Source: Cenarchaeum sp. (GTDB lineage: Archaea > Thermoproteota > Nitrososphaeria > Nitrososphaerales > Nitrosopumilaceae). From it: 64,000 nt of DNA. How positions within the stretch are numbered: position 1 is the stretch's first letter; each line of letters starts with the position of its first letter. The DNA is taken from the NCBI GenBank assembly GCA_965212015.1, contig OZ243037.1:992001-1056000 (forward strand), in the 5' to 3' direction. Position numbers and translations under genes: made by a program. The notes beneath the pieces are model-generated. The model ran no database searches and was not told the DNA's origin. It worked only from the letters and a program-made list of their open reading frames with translations. Positions 37,647-47,628 of the stretch are shown here, piece after piece.

Positions 37647-38213
37647 ATGGCATGCAGTCAAGCCGAGGCAAGGAGGATCCTGGAGGGCAGCTCAAAGCAG
37701 GAAAAGATCCGGTGTCTTGAGGGTCTTGCAGAGTCAAAGGACCCCGGCGTGATGCGGCTAGTCACTGCCAGGCTGGATGACGCAGACATCGAGGTCCGCG
37801 GCGAGGCCTTTGGATGCCTGATGGCAGGCAGGCAGGCCGAAGCATGCCTTATCGAGGGCCTCGACTCGGAAAAAAGAAACGTCAGGGGTTTTTGCGCGCT
37901 AATCCTGGCAAACCGCGGGGACAGGGGCGGAATCGACAGGATTGCAGAGATGACAGGTGATCCGGAATCCATGGTGCGCGAGTGCGCACTTGGGGCGCTG
38001 GGGTTTCTCGGCGCAGGGCAGGCGCGCAAAGAGATTCACGGGTGTCTTGCAGATCCCAGCCCGGAGGTGGTAAAGAGTGCGCTGAGGGCGGCAGCGGACA
38101 TTGGCGGCGGAATTTCAAAAAAAGAGGTGCAGGGTATTGCCGGCGGTGACGATGAGCTTGAGGAGCTAGTCAGGATGGCACAGGCGGGGACGCGACGCAG
38201 GCAGATCCCCTGA
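37647..38213 (+). CDS. HEAT-repeat protein
   Basis: Repeated L.D....VR..A..ALG motifs. Confidence 0.85.
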   Translation: MACSQAEARRILEGSSKQEKIRCLEGLAESKDPGVMRLVTARLDDADIEVRGEAFGCLMAGRQAEACLIEGLDSEKRNVRGFCALILANRGDRGGIDRIAEMTGDPESMVRECALGALGFLGAGQARKEIHGCLADPSPEVVKSALRAAADIGGGISKKEVQGIAGGDDELEELVRMAQAGTRRRQIP

Positions 38214-38346
38214 ACTGGCAACGCCTGCCAGTACGCCGATGCGGGAATTGCGCAGGCAGGAATTTTGCGCGCGCCTCCAGCTCAACTGTTGATCAATTTC
38301 ACATGACTGTAATCTGTTATTACGAGGCCGGCATGTCAGTGTGCAG

Positions 38347-39070
38347 TTGACCTGAAACATAATCGTCGCCCTTGCCGCCGCCGCGTCCAGCACCGCGCTT
38401 TATGCGTCAAGTACTGAGAGCGACGAGGAATGGTTTGAGATTTATGCGGACGGCGATACGGTGTATTATAATGGCGCCATAAACACACAGGGCTATGAGG
38501 AATTCAGGCGGGTGATGGATGTGAATCAGGACGTGGATGCCATTGTCATAAATTCCGGCGGCGACACGGCGGCCGGAAGGGACATCGGGGAAATCGTACA
38601 CGAAAGCTAGATAGCAGACGAGATGTGCTTTTCATCCTGTGCAAATTACGTCTTTACAAGCGCCGCCAACAAGTACATCAGAGAAGACAGCCTTGTGGGA
38701 TGGCACGGCTCGGAGTCACAGTACGAAATCCTGGCAAAGACGGCGTGACGTACAGAGTGTCACCGACATCATAAGCGAGGGATACGCCGAGTCCGGCTTT
38801 TTTTTTTGGCGCATTGACGTGGATGTGGAAGAACAGTACAGCATACTGCTAGCCCGGCTGGCAGAAGAGTCGGAATTTTTCGACATGATAGGTCTGGACA
38901 AACAGGTGACATTAAACGGGCTGTCCGTTCTAGATGACGATGCCTGCATTGGCTGGACACATACAATCCAGACTGTGAACCGGTACAATATCGGCAGCAT
39001 AGAGTATCTCTCAGACGACGAATATCCCAGCAAAAAAGTGCTGGCAGACAATAAAATTTGCCTGATCTGA
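38347..39070 (+). pseudogene. decayed secreted ClpP/crotonase-fold protein (COG3904-like)
   Basis: Manual translation VYYNGAI...AIVINSGG...GRDIGEIVHES*IADEMCFSSCANYVF...VGWHG with in-frame stops and a frameshift into the 38639-39070 ORF. Confidence 0.65.
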
Positions 39071-39233
39071 TGCGGCAGGGAGAGTGGCGCACCCGCCATA
39101 AAATTACGAAAAAACGCACGATCTGCATGAAAACCGAGTCCGGCGGGCCAAATGCCTGCAATCCGGGCCATCCGTCCCGAATCCGGATCGCAAATAATCC
39201 GTTTTATCCTGTCCAAAAAGTAGTTCACCCTGC

Positions 39234-39509
39234 CTGCTTGCCCGTGTGAGGCATCCGCAGACCAGCGGCAAGCTAGAAAGGCTGCGCGGGGAGATACAGC
39301 GTAAATTGCCCGAGTTTGAGGCCATAATGCAGCGTACAGGCGATCTGAGGTGGTACAACCATGACAGGCCGCACATGTCCCCCAATGATGACACGCCTGT
39401 CCAGGCATTCGCAAAAAAGATGCCCCCCAAGGGGACGACGGTTATTGACGGCCAGTCAGGAGAGATGTACGATGTCCGGTAAAAGGCGAACAGATTTCAG
39501 GATAGCACA
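39234..39509 (+). mobile_element. 3' remnant of an IS481-family transposase with right end
   Basis: ARVRHPQTSGKLER...WYNHDRPHMS...TP rve-type motif; ends ...GGATAGCACA (IS481 elements end TGT/ACA). Confidence 0.8.
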
Positions 39510-39686
39510 GGTCAAATTGTCTCAAACAATAGACATATAGAAGGTAATCGTCCATATATGATATGAATCGCATTTGGGCGGTTCTAGGGGGGTAGCACTC
39601 TGCAACTGTGCGGACCTACTTCCTGGATCCCACACGCACAACTCGATCACTGATACAATTAAGTACTCGTATTGCGAAATACTAGC

Positions 39687-39890
39687 ATGGCTTTGCTGGT
39701 CACAAAAAATGATTTTGTAGAAGTGGTGTGCAAATTCAAGGGCCATATTGTAAACAAGTCCGATGTCCAATACATTCGAGAGCATCCTGATGAGACACGT
39801 TTGGCAGTGTGCAAAAGATGCAATTTCCAAGTTTTAATAAAAATGGATCCGGACGATGATGATTATTACCTGATCTCAGATGCTGACTAG
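39687..39890 (+). CDS. small Cys/His zinc-ribbon-like protein
   Basis: MALLV...VCKFKGH...VCKRCNF...DPDDDDYYLISDAD; TATA-like AATTAAGTA upstream. Confidence 0.55.
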   Translation: MALLVTKNDFVEVVCKFKGHIVNKSDVQYIREHPDETRLAVCKRCNFQVLIKMDPDDDDYYLISDAD

Positions 39891-40575
39891 TTCACATGAC
39901 AACGTCCAATAGCAACAAACGTGCCGAAAGTAACCGTAGGGATTTTTACCACATTGCCATTCATTTTGTTTTTGCCATATAGCCCAAAGCTTTACAATCG
40001 CTTCTGAAATACTGATCCCGATACACGGTGCGTTTACCAATGAAACATTTCTTGTAACGACGTCCCTATTTTTATCATATGTGATCACAGTATCAGGATG
40101 GGTGGGATATGCGCGTTCAATATCCGTAAAGCCTGCTGATATGCGCGTCCATACTTGTTGCGTATCATCTTTTAGTCGTCGTTGAGGTCACGGATCTTGA
40201 AATTTTCAGGAAAAGACTCGCAACTGTTCTCATTCATCATTATGATCGGAATGCTGATAGTGGGGTACAGGGTTTGGAAGTGGGACGTTAGAGACAAAAA
40301 TGCCTATTTCCAAATAATGTGAAAGATTCAAAAATGCTATTTGGAAACAGTAATTTTTAATCCTTACAGTCACGGGGGAAAAACCGATGATTTTTGCATG
40401 CCGGATTAGGGCCTTTTTTGTGGCAAGATATCCTGGATTTTCATCTGATGTTCTTTGAATTTCTGCGATGGTCCGAATTGCTGATCGCCGACGGCATTGC
40501 CGCATACTCGCCGTATCAGGCCAACGGTTCCATACCGGAGAACACGTCCATGATAGACTTTGTACTAAAGGCCGT

Positions 40576-40654
40576 GGGGACGACAGTTGTTGACGAGCAG
40601 AGCGGGGAGGAATGCCATGTCGAGTGAGGGGGGGAACGACTTTTTGGATCCCAC
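40576..40654 (+). mobile_element. second, shorter IS481-like right-end remnant
   Basis: GTTVVDEQSGEECHVE* versus GTTVIDGQSGEMYDVR* at 39431-39482; similar terminal sequence GGATCCCAC. Confidence 0.7.
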
Positions 40655-40736
40655 CGTAAATAATCCGTTAGTAAACTTTATAAGCAATGTTGCAGTAATG
40701 GTTATATAGAAGGAAAAATGGATGTGACGATTTGAG

Positions 40737-41648
40737 ATGGTAAAAACTAGCAATCAAAAGGCAAAATGCCCGCGCTGTGGCAAGGGGTCTCTGGTGACTG
40801 ACGCAAGCACCGGCGAGAATTTCTGCGGCAAGTGCGGCTTTGTGATAACTGACAAGATAGCAGAGTCGGGGCCCGAATGGCGCTCCTTTTCCAAGGAGGA
40901 GAACGACGGAAGGAGCAGGGCCGGCGTGCCGACCTCGCTTGCCATGCACGACATGGGACTTGCGACCATAATCGGCACCGCAGACAGGGACGCCACCGGA
41001 AAGCCTCTTTCTGCATCCATGCGAAGCACGATTGAGCGGCTAAGGACGTGGGACAGCAGGAGCCAGGTCCACGAGCCAATAGACAGGAATTTCAGGCAGG
41101 CCTTCAGCGAGCTGGACAGGCTAAAGGACAAGCTGGCAGTGGGCGACGCAGTCATTGAAAAGGCCGCATACATTTACAGAAAGGCCCTGGAAAAGGGGCT
41201 GGTCAGGGGCCGCTCCATCTCTGCGCTGATCGCATCAGCATTGTACGCCGCCTGCCGCGACACCGAGACGCCAAGGACGCTCAAGGACATTGGCAACTCT
41301 AGCAATATCAAGCGAAAGGACATTGCAAGGTGCTACAGGCTGCTTCTTCGGGAGCTCGATCTCAAGATGCCCGTGGTCAATCCCGTAAAATGCGTGGCAA
41401 GAATCGCAAGCAAGGCCGGACTCTCTGAAAAGACAAAGCGCGATGCCACAAAGATACTCCAGACTGCCGAAAGGGTAAAGATATCTGCCGGCAAGGATCC
41501 CATGGGCCTTGCTGCTGCCGCGCTGTACGTGGCATGCGTGACGAACAACGAGAACAAGACGCAGCGGGACGTGGCAGAGGCGGCAGGAGTCACGGAGGTC
41601 ACCATACGTAACAGGTACAAGGGCCTCAAAGTGGTGCTAAACCTCTAG
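40737..41648 (+). CDS. tfb: transcription initiation factor IIB
   Basis: CPRC...CGKCG Zn ribbon, GPEWRSF, two cyclin repeats, GKDPMGLAAAALY, VTEVTIRNRYK. Confidence 0.97.
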   Translation: MVKTSNQKAKCPRCGKGSLVTDASTGENFCGKCGFVITDKIAESGPEWRSFSKEENDGRSRAGVPTSLAMHDMGLATIIGTADRDATGKPLSASMRSTIERLRTWDSRSQVHEPIDRNFRQAFSELDRLKDKLAVGDAVIEKAAYIYRKALEKGLVRGRSISALIASALYAACRDTETPRTLKDIGNSSNIKRKDIARCYRLLLRELDLKMPVVNPVKCVARIASKAGLSEKTKRDATKILQTAERVKISAGKDPMGLAAAALYVACVTNNENKTQRDVAEAAGVTEVTIRNRYKGLKVVLNL

Positions 41649-42606
41649 GGCCTTTTTTGGAGACTCGGCGGCGTATCAGCATCATTGCAACAGAGACGCA
41701 GCCGGCCAGCACGATTATGCCCTCGATCGTCTGCATCATGGAGTGCGAAAACGCGTCATTGACCGTCACAGAGTTGACATCGGCTATCAAAAACGCGTAT
41801 GAAAAGACGAAATAGTTGGCGGCCCAGTGTATGAGCAGCGCGGGCGCAAAGCCGTACCTAAAGTACACCCATCCCAGTATCAGCCCGCTTGCAGTGGCCT
41901 GGACGAACTTGCCGCCGCTCCACGACTCGCCAAAAACAACGTGCCCCGCCCCAAAGAGTATTGCAACTACGACTATCAGTGCGGCGATTTTTTTGTTCTC
42001 GTGCACGTGAAGGTGCCTGTACGGGTGCCAGAGCGACCTGAGGAGGTGCCTTGCTGACGCCCTGTGGGAATAAATCAGGTACGCCGGAATCCCTATCAGA
42101 ACCAGCCTGAATCCGACCTCTTCTGTTATTGGGGCCTGCATGACGCCAAGGAACTGCACCAGCCCGTTCTCAAAGGGAGGGGGCGCTGTGTCAACTCCGA
42201 GGTATTCCTGCACCCCGTATATCAGCGCGGATGCCAGGACCAGTATCGCAAACCACCGTATCATGCCGACCATATAGTTTGAGGCAGGCACGCCGCGGTG
42301 CATTGCCGATCCCAGCTCGGCGAACATGCTTTTCTTTGGCCCAAACACAGAGATTGCAAATACTATAGCATAGGCGCACCACAGTACAATGAATGCATCG
42401 CCAAGCTCAAGGTCAAGCGGCGCGGCAATCCAGCCGATTGGAAAGTCCAGGTTTTGCAGCGGGTACCGGTAGTTGATCTCGTCTCCAATCTCGGAATCAA
42501 ACACGACGTATGCGCCCACCGGAAACGAGATTATCATCAGGCCAAATATGATCGAGACTGACGCAGAAAACGGAATTCCCAGAGCCTGCAGGATCTTTTC
42601 TTGCAA
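41626..42606 (-). CDS. CPBP/CAAX (Abi) intramembrane metalloprotease
   Basis: APITEEVGFR, FGAGH, LIHWAANY; multiple TM helices; probable TTG start at 42606. Confidence 0.88.
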   Translation of the reverse strand: MQEKILQALGIPFSASVSIIFGLMIISFPVGAYVVFDSEIGDEINYRYPLQNLDFPIGWIAAPLDLELGDAFIVLWCAYAIVFAISVFGPKKSMFAELGSAMHRGVPASNYMVGMIRWFAILVLASALIYGVQEYLGVDTAPPPFENGLVQFLGVMQAPITEEVGFRLVLIGIPAYLIYSHRASARHLLRSLWHPYRHLHVHENKKIAALIVVVAILFGAGHVVFGESWSGGKFVQATASGLILGWVYFRYGFAPALLIHWAANYFVFSYAFLIADVNSVTVNDAFSHSMMQTIEGIIVLAGCVSVAMMLIRRRVSKKGPRGLAPL

Positions 42607-42611
42607 TTCCG

Positions 42612-42920
42612 CTAGTGCAGCTCGATGCTGGATTCTGCAAACCCGAGGCGCACCAGCGTCTCCTTTATGGTGTCGCGGTGATCGCCCTGAAGGAAGACAT
42701 AGCCGTCCTTTGCGGTTCCGCCGCACGCATACTTGTTTTTTAGCTCCTTGGCGACGTTCTCCAGATTGTTCAGCTTTGGATCAAGGCCCTCAATCATGGT
42801 GCCCTTTTTCCTGAAACGGCGCGTCTCGAGTCTTACAATTATCTTGGTGCTGTCTTTAGCTAAATCACCACAAGCGCACAAATCTTCGGGAAGGCCACAC
42901 GTATTACAAATAACTGCCAT
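42612..42920 (-). CDS. translation initiation factor aIF1 (SUI1)
   Basis: CNTCGLPEDLCAC, ELKNKYACGGT, LQGDHR. Confidence 0.94.
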   Translation of the reverse strand: MAVICNTCGLPEDLCACGDLAKDSTKIIVRLETRRFRKKGTMIEGLDPKLNNLENVAKELKNKYACGGTAKDGYVFLQGDHRDTIKETLVRLGFAESSIELH

Positions 42921-43193
42921 TCGTTCGAAATACATGCCGCATACACACTATTAAGCCTTATCTTGACGGCTGTGCAACCGGCGGCCGGCAGACATGGAAA
43001 TTTCTCCCAATTACGACAATCATGGGCATGGACAAACCCCGTATCGTAGTAGTAGAATGTGAATGGCAACCGGCGGGAGTCGTTGTTCATTTTCATATGC
43101 CCTTAATTTTGGTCTCCCGATGGGCATCGATCATGGGAACATAGACTCGCGCCATGGCAAACTTTTAACGCCCATTTACGCACATATTCACTG

Positions 43194-43703
43194 ATGGAAC
43201 AGCCTATTCCCAGACTGCCAAAAAATGCGCATAGTGTGGCCGGCCATATCATCCTGAACGGCAGGGAAAATTTCACGCCGCTTCAGATAAACAAACTCGT
43301 CTTTTTCAGCCACGGCTGGATGCTTGGAATACACGGCAGATCGCTCATAAAAGAAGAGATTGAAGCATGGAAGTACGGCCCGGTAATTCCTGCCATTTAT
43401 CACACATTCAAGGGGTATGGGGGTGAGTCTGTCAAAGCTGACGAATACTTTTCCATGAGTGACGGAAATTTGGATTGTGTAAGGGATGTGCTGAACAAGA
43501 TGTTTGATGAAAAGGACAAGGAGATTATGGATCAGGTAATTGATCTTTACGGGCCGTTAGCGGGGGCAAGGATGATCGCCATCACGCATGCCGAGGACAG
43601 TCCATGGTCGACGTATTATGATCCCGACCAGTCCTATACCCGGATTCCAAATCGTGCCATCGAGTCATACTATAAGGAAGAATTAAAGAAACGTGTCCAG
43701 TAA
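43194..43703 (+). CDS. Panacea-domain (DUF4065/SocA-like) antitoxin
   Basis: TPLQINKLVFFSHGW, EAWKYGPVIPAIY, THAEDSPW. Confidence 0.88.
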   Translation: MEQPIPRLPKNAHSVAGHIILNGRENFTPLQINKLVFFSHGWMLGIHGRSLIKEEIEAWKYGPVIPAIYHTFKGYGGESVKADEYFSMSDGNLDCVRDVLNKMFDEKDKEIMDQVIDLYGPLAGARMIAITHAEDSPWSTYYDPDQSYTRIPNRAIESYYKEELKKRVQ

Positions 43704-43745
43704 GGGAATGGAGATTCCCCTACCCCATAAAATACGCCGACTGAT

Positions 43746-44000
43746 GTGGATAAAAAACAGGCAGACGAATATGGTGTCAAAGAATTAAGGGATACTCGAC
43801 GTAAGGTAGCCTCACAGTTGGCAAATACATGGATGGGTTTGACCGTATTTATCGTCTCATTTTTTGCCCTGATTACCATTCTTTTGGGCTTTAACGTGTG
43901 GGGTTTCCATATAGAGCATTTCAATTTAGGGATATTGGCAGGCGGCATGGCCGTATCTCCCATCGCCTTGAGAGTCATTCCGATCCTGCTAAAGGACTAG
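43746..44000 (+). CDS. small two-TM membrane protein, putative partner of the Panacea antitoxin
   Basis: DTRRKVASQLA followed by two hydrophobic segments; 42 nt after DUF4065; same lower GC. Confidence 0.55.
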   Translation: MDKKQADEYGVKELRDTRRKVASQLANTWMGLTVFIVSFFALITILLGFNVWGFHIEHFNLGILAGGMAVSPIALRVIPILLKD

Positions 44001-44238
44001 ATTCACAATATTCGGCAGATTCCAGCTGCGAGCTTTATCGCAGTATCAAGTTTGTGCCCGCCTGCCAGAGCAGGGCGTAAATTTCGCATCACGGCAGTTG
44101 GGCGGAATGTGCGGCCCCCCGCACTGGCCGTGTCAACTGCCGGCGCCTGGTGCGGGTATGGCCATGGATTCGCAGGCACAAGGCACGCCTGTCTGCCGTC
44201 CAATGGATTTTTTATAGAACGGACAGTCCCATTGGATC

Positions 44239-44559
44239 ATGGCAGACGAGCTACGAAAAAAGGCAGTAGAGATGCTCCTAAACGGGGCCACGCTGCTAGC
44301 AGATCCGTGCCCGTACTGCAAGGGCGTAAGGGTCATGCAGGACGGCCACGCCCTGTGCGTCGGCTGCGGCAGGGAGCCAAAGGAGGCAGAAAAGGCCAAA
44401 GTGCAAAAGGAGGATCCGGTTAAAAGCCTGGAGAAAAAGCTGCAGGCGCTCAGCCAGGAGCTGGGCCAAGAGACGGACCACAAAAAACAGCAGGACATTC
44501 TAAAGTCCATGGACTCACTCGTGGGCGTCATCAACAAGATGAGGCAAAAGCCCGCATGA
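44239..44559 (+). CDS. autoantigen-p27/UPF0148 Zn-finger protein
   Basis: MLLNGATLLADPCPYC...CVGC followed by a coiled coil. Confidence 0.85.
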   Translation: MADELRKKAVEMLLNGATLLADPCPYCKGVRVMQDGHALCVGCGREPKEAEKAKVQKEDPVKSLEKKLQALSQELGQETDHKKQQDILKSMDSLVGVINKMRQKPA

Positions 44560-44749
44560 CTGGCATGCGACAGAACCCCGGACCAGACTGCGCAAAGAGA
44601 TGTAGTTTAAATGAGGCATAAAAGCCGGTACAGCATATGCCGTGTTTTCTATGTACGCTAGCGCCAAGTTCCGGCGTCGCGCCACCCGCCACAGGCAGGG
44701 CAGGCGCCTCGGGAACCGCCACGACGAGGATCAGGTAGGGCGTCTAGAA

Positions 44750-45652
44750 ATGGTTCGGGGCAATTATAAAAGCGAGGCAAACTGTATGCGGTGCGGAAAA
44801 AACTCCATGCTGACTGACGGCGAGACTGGCGAAAAATTCTGCCAGAAATGCGGCTATGTAATATCAGAAAAGACGGAGGATTCCGGCCCCGAATGGAGAT
44901 CGTTTTCCAAGGACGGCGGCACGGATCCCACGAGAACCGGGGCGCCAACATCCCTTACAATGCACGACAGGGGCCTGTCCACAAAGATCGGCGCAGTAAA
45001 CAGGGATTCGGCCGGAAAGCCGCTGTCCTCGTCGATGAAGAGCACCATAGAGAGGCTGCGGACGTGGGACAGCAGAAGCCAGTCCAGCCAGGCAGCCGAC
45101 AGGAACCTCAGGACGGCCCTGAGCGACCTGAGCAGGCTCAAGGACAAGCTTACAATATCGCCCAGCGTGATTGAAAAGTCCGCATACATTTACAGAAAGG
45201 CCATAGAAAAGGGCCTGGTGCGCGGCAGATCCATCTCTGGGCTGCTTGCCGCGTCGCTTTATGCAGCATGCAGGGAGACGGGCACGCCGCGGACGATAAA
45301 GGACATTGCCGATGCGGCCAACATAAAAAGAAAGGACATTGCAAGGTGCTACAGGCTGCTGCACTATGAGCTGGAGCTCAAAATGCCCGTCACCGACTCG
45401 ATTCAGTGCGTTGCAAGGATTGCAAGCACCATAAACATTTCAGAAAAGACCAAGCGGTACGCCACCATTGTGCTAAAAAAAGCGCAAAAAAACGAGGAAT
45501 CGGCAGGCAAGGATCCGATGGGCCTGGCAGCTGCTGCGCTGTATCTGGCATGCGTCAAAAACGGCGAGGATAGGACCCAGAGGGACATAGCCGAGGCGGC
45601 AAACGTGACTGAGGTCACCATACGGAACAGGTACAAGGGGCTAAAGGAGTAG
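44750..45652 (+). CDS. tfb: transcription initiation factor IIB (second paralog)
   Basis: CMRC...CQKCG, GPEWRSF, GKDPMGLAAAALY, VTEVTIRNRYK. Confidence 0.96.
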   Translation: MVRGNYKSEANCMRCGKNSMLTDGETGEKFCQKCGYVISEKTEDSGPEWRSFSKDGGTDPTRTGAPTSLTMHDRGLSTKIGAVNRDSAGKPLSSSMKSTIERLRTWDSRSQSSQAADRNLRTALSDLSRLKDKLTISPSVIEKSAYIYRKAIEKGLVRGRSISGLLAASLYAACRETGTPRTIKDIADAANIKRKDIARCYRLLHYELELKMPVTDSIQCVARIASTINISEKTKRYATIVLKKAQKNEESAGKDPMGLAAAALYLACVKNGEDRTQRDIAEAANVTEVTIRNRYKGLKE

Positions 45653-45713
45653 GGGCCCGAGATCCGGCATCGTGAAAAGTTTTTAAGTAAAAATCATTCC
45701 TGATTATCTGACC

Positions 45714-45881
45714 ATGAGTAGCAAAAAGAAGGGTGCGCCGCTGCCGGCGTCAAGCGCGGGCCTGCTGAGGTTCTTTGAGGACGAGACCAAGGGCTTCAAG
45801 ATCGACCCAAAGATAGTAGTCTCCATCCCGATCAGCCTGATAGTCCTGTCCTGGCTTATGGACAAGTTCCTGATCACGTGA
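45714..45881 (+). CDS. preprotein translocase Sec61beta subunit (55 aa, below ORF-track cutoff)
   Basis: Manual translation MSSKKKGAPLPASSAGLLRFFEDETKGFKIDPKIVVSIPISLIVLSWLMDKFLIT*. Confidence 0.92.
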   Translation: MSSKKKGAPLPASSAGLLRFFEDETKGFKIDPKIVVSIPISLIVLSWLMDKFLIT

Positions 45882-45888
45882 TGCCGAA

Positions 45889-47628
45889 ATGACAGAGTCC
45901 TTTGGCGACGTATCGAGGATACACAGCAAATATTCCGTAACGCTGTTTACTCCATCATCGTACTATCTGTCGCTTGCGATATCAGTCCTGCTGGCGTGCG
46001 CCATAGTAGCGGCGACATACCTGGGATACCTGCAGGACGGCGACGTCCTTATTCCCATGGCCTCAGTAGTCGCAGTCCTGGTCGCATCGCAGCTGCTCGA
46101 CTCTAGGTTCATCAGGAACAAGGAATACTCTAAAGTGCTGCACCTGTCGCTGTTTGGCAACCTGATCTGGTTTTTGATCTGCATGACCGGAATTGCCGCG
46201 TTTTACGTACTTGCAAAGCCAGAGCCGCCGCTGTTCTATGTCACGCTGGGCGCGTTTATCTTTGCAAGCTTTAGGATAGGCATATTCACCACCACCCTTG
46301 GCGTAAGCCTGAGGAGGGCGTGGGCCCTGTGTCTCATCCAGCCGATCGGAATGCTCGTAGCAATGGTGCCGGCTGGACTCGAGTCGGTGCTGTATGATCC
46401 CGTGGCACTGGGGTACGGCACTGCGTTTCTGATAATCGCCACGGTCTGGTCGTATCTTACGGACAAGGCAGGAAGGCCGCACATACAGAGCACGCACAAG
46501 CTGGTGCAGGCATACCTTTCCTCGCGCCGCAACGATTACTCGGAGATCGAGACCATGATAGAGGGGTGCTCAAAGCAGTCCAGGGTGTCGACATCGCAGA
46601 TCAGGCTGCAGACAAGCGACGGAAAGACCGACGTCAGGCTGGTGCTGCCGGAAATTCATCCGGGCCCGTACCACCCGATAGGCGGAAGCAACATACCGTA
46701 TCTGATCTACAAGAATCTCGACTCGTCGGCAATCGTAATGCACAGCATCTCTGATCACGCACTCAACCTTCCCTCAAAACAGCAGGTGGAAAACTATCTT
46801 GAGAGCCTCTCAGATAGCGACATCTCGCAGGAGGGCCTCACGTGTACAGAGCCTGTCACGGTCCAGATAAACAAGGCAAGGGTAGTCGGCCTGCTTTTTG
46901 GAAAAAACGTCCTGCTGTTCATGTCGCTCTCACCGCACGGAATGGAGGATCTTCCAAGCTATATCAAAAGCGAGATCGACCAGTACTCAAAGAACCGCAA
47001 CTTTGAGCGCACGATGCTGGTGGACTGCCACAACGCGATGGGAAAGGAGATCTCAAAGATGGACTCCGAGGACATGCTAAAGGCCGCAAAGTCGTGCCTC
47101 GACACGATGATAACCAAGGAGAGCTATAGGCTAGAGTTCGGATACGCCAACTCAAAGTCGATGGACCTGCAGGCCTCCGACCTGGGGCTGGGCGGGCTCG
47201 GGATACTGTGCCTAAAGGTAAACGGCAAAAAGTACTTTTTTGGCTGGGCCGACTCGAACAATATGGAAAACGGGGTGCGCGAGTTTGTCGTCTCGCATCT
47301 TGAGAAAAGCGGATACAGGCTCTTGGAGATCTGCACGTCAGACACCCACTTTACGCAGACGCTGGTCAGGACAAAGCAGGGGTACTATCAGTTCGGACTG
47401 GTGACAAAAAAGGAAAAGATCGCCGACTGGTACTTGCAGATTGCAAGGCACGCAGACCGGATTGTAAAGCCCGCCGCGTTTGAAATACTGGAAAACCACA
47501 CGCAGGTGAAAATCATGGGCCCAAAGATCTTTGAGGACTATACAAAGGCGATGGACAACTCGCTGCGCCTGACAAAGACGTTTATGACATGCAGCATGAT
47601 ACTGTTCGTGTCTAGTCTTTTTTTATAG
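45889..47628 (+). CDS. DUF2070-family membrane protein
   Basis: N-terminal TM bundle; IHPGPYHPIGGSNIP, DCHNA, DSNNME, CTSDTH. Confidence 0.85.
   Translation: MTESFGDVSRIHSKYSVTLFTPSSYYLSLAISVLLACAIVAATYLGYLQDGDVLIPMASVVAVLVASQLLDSRFIRNKEYSKVLHLSLFGNLIWFLICMTGIAAFYVLAKPEPPLFYVTLGAFIFASFRIGIFTTTLGVSLRRAWALCLIQPIGMLVAMVPAGLESVLYDPVALGYGTAFLIIATVWSYLTDKAGRPHIQSTHKLVQAYLSSRRNDYSEIETMIEGCSKQSRVSTSQIRLQTSDGKTDVRLVLPEIHPGPYHPIGGSNIPYLIYKNLDSSAIVMHSISDHALNLPSKQQVENYLESLSDSDISQEGLTCTEPVTVQINKARVVGLLFGKNVLLFMSLSPHGMEDLPSYIKSEIDQYSKNRNFERTMLVDCHNAMGKEISKMDSEDMLKAAKSCLDTMITKESYRLEFGYANSKSMDLQASDLGLGGLGILCLKVNGKKYFFGWADSNNMENGVREFVVSHLEKSGYRLLEICTSDTHFTQTLVRTKQGYYQFGLVTKKEKIADWYLQIARHADRIVKPAAFEILENHTQVKIMGPKIFEDYTKAMDNSLRLTKTFMTCSMILFVSSLFL

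Noticed and set aside
39581-39619. Additional degenerate copy of the 60-bp element
   Set aside because: The similarity needs gaps, and the sequence is explained equally well as an IS481-like end
40379-40392. AAAAACCGATGATT match to the giant gene A upstream region
   Set aside because: Exact 14-bp matches are expected by chance in 64 kb and the match does not extend
40737-45652. Two TFB genes within 5 kb
   Set aside because: Multiple TFB paralogs are normal in Thaumarchaeota
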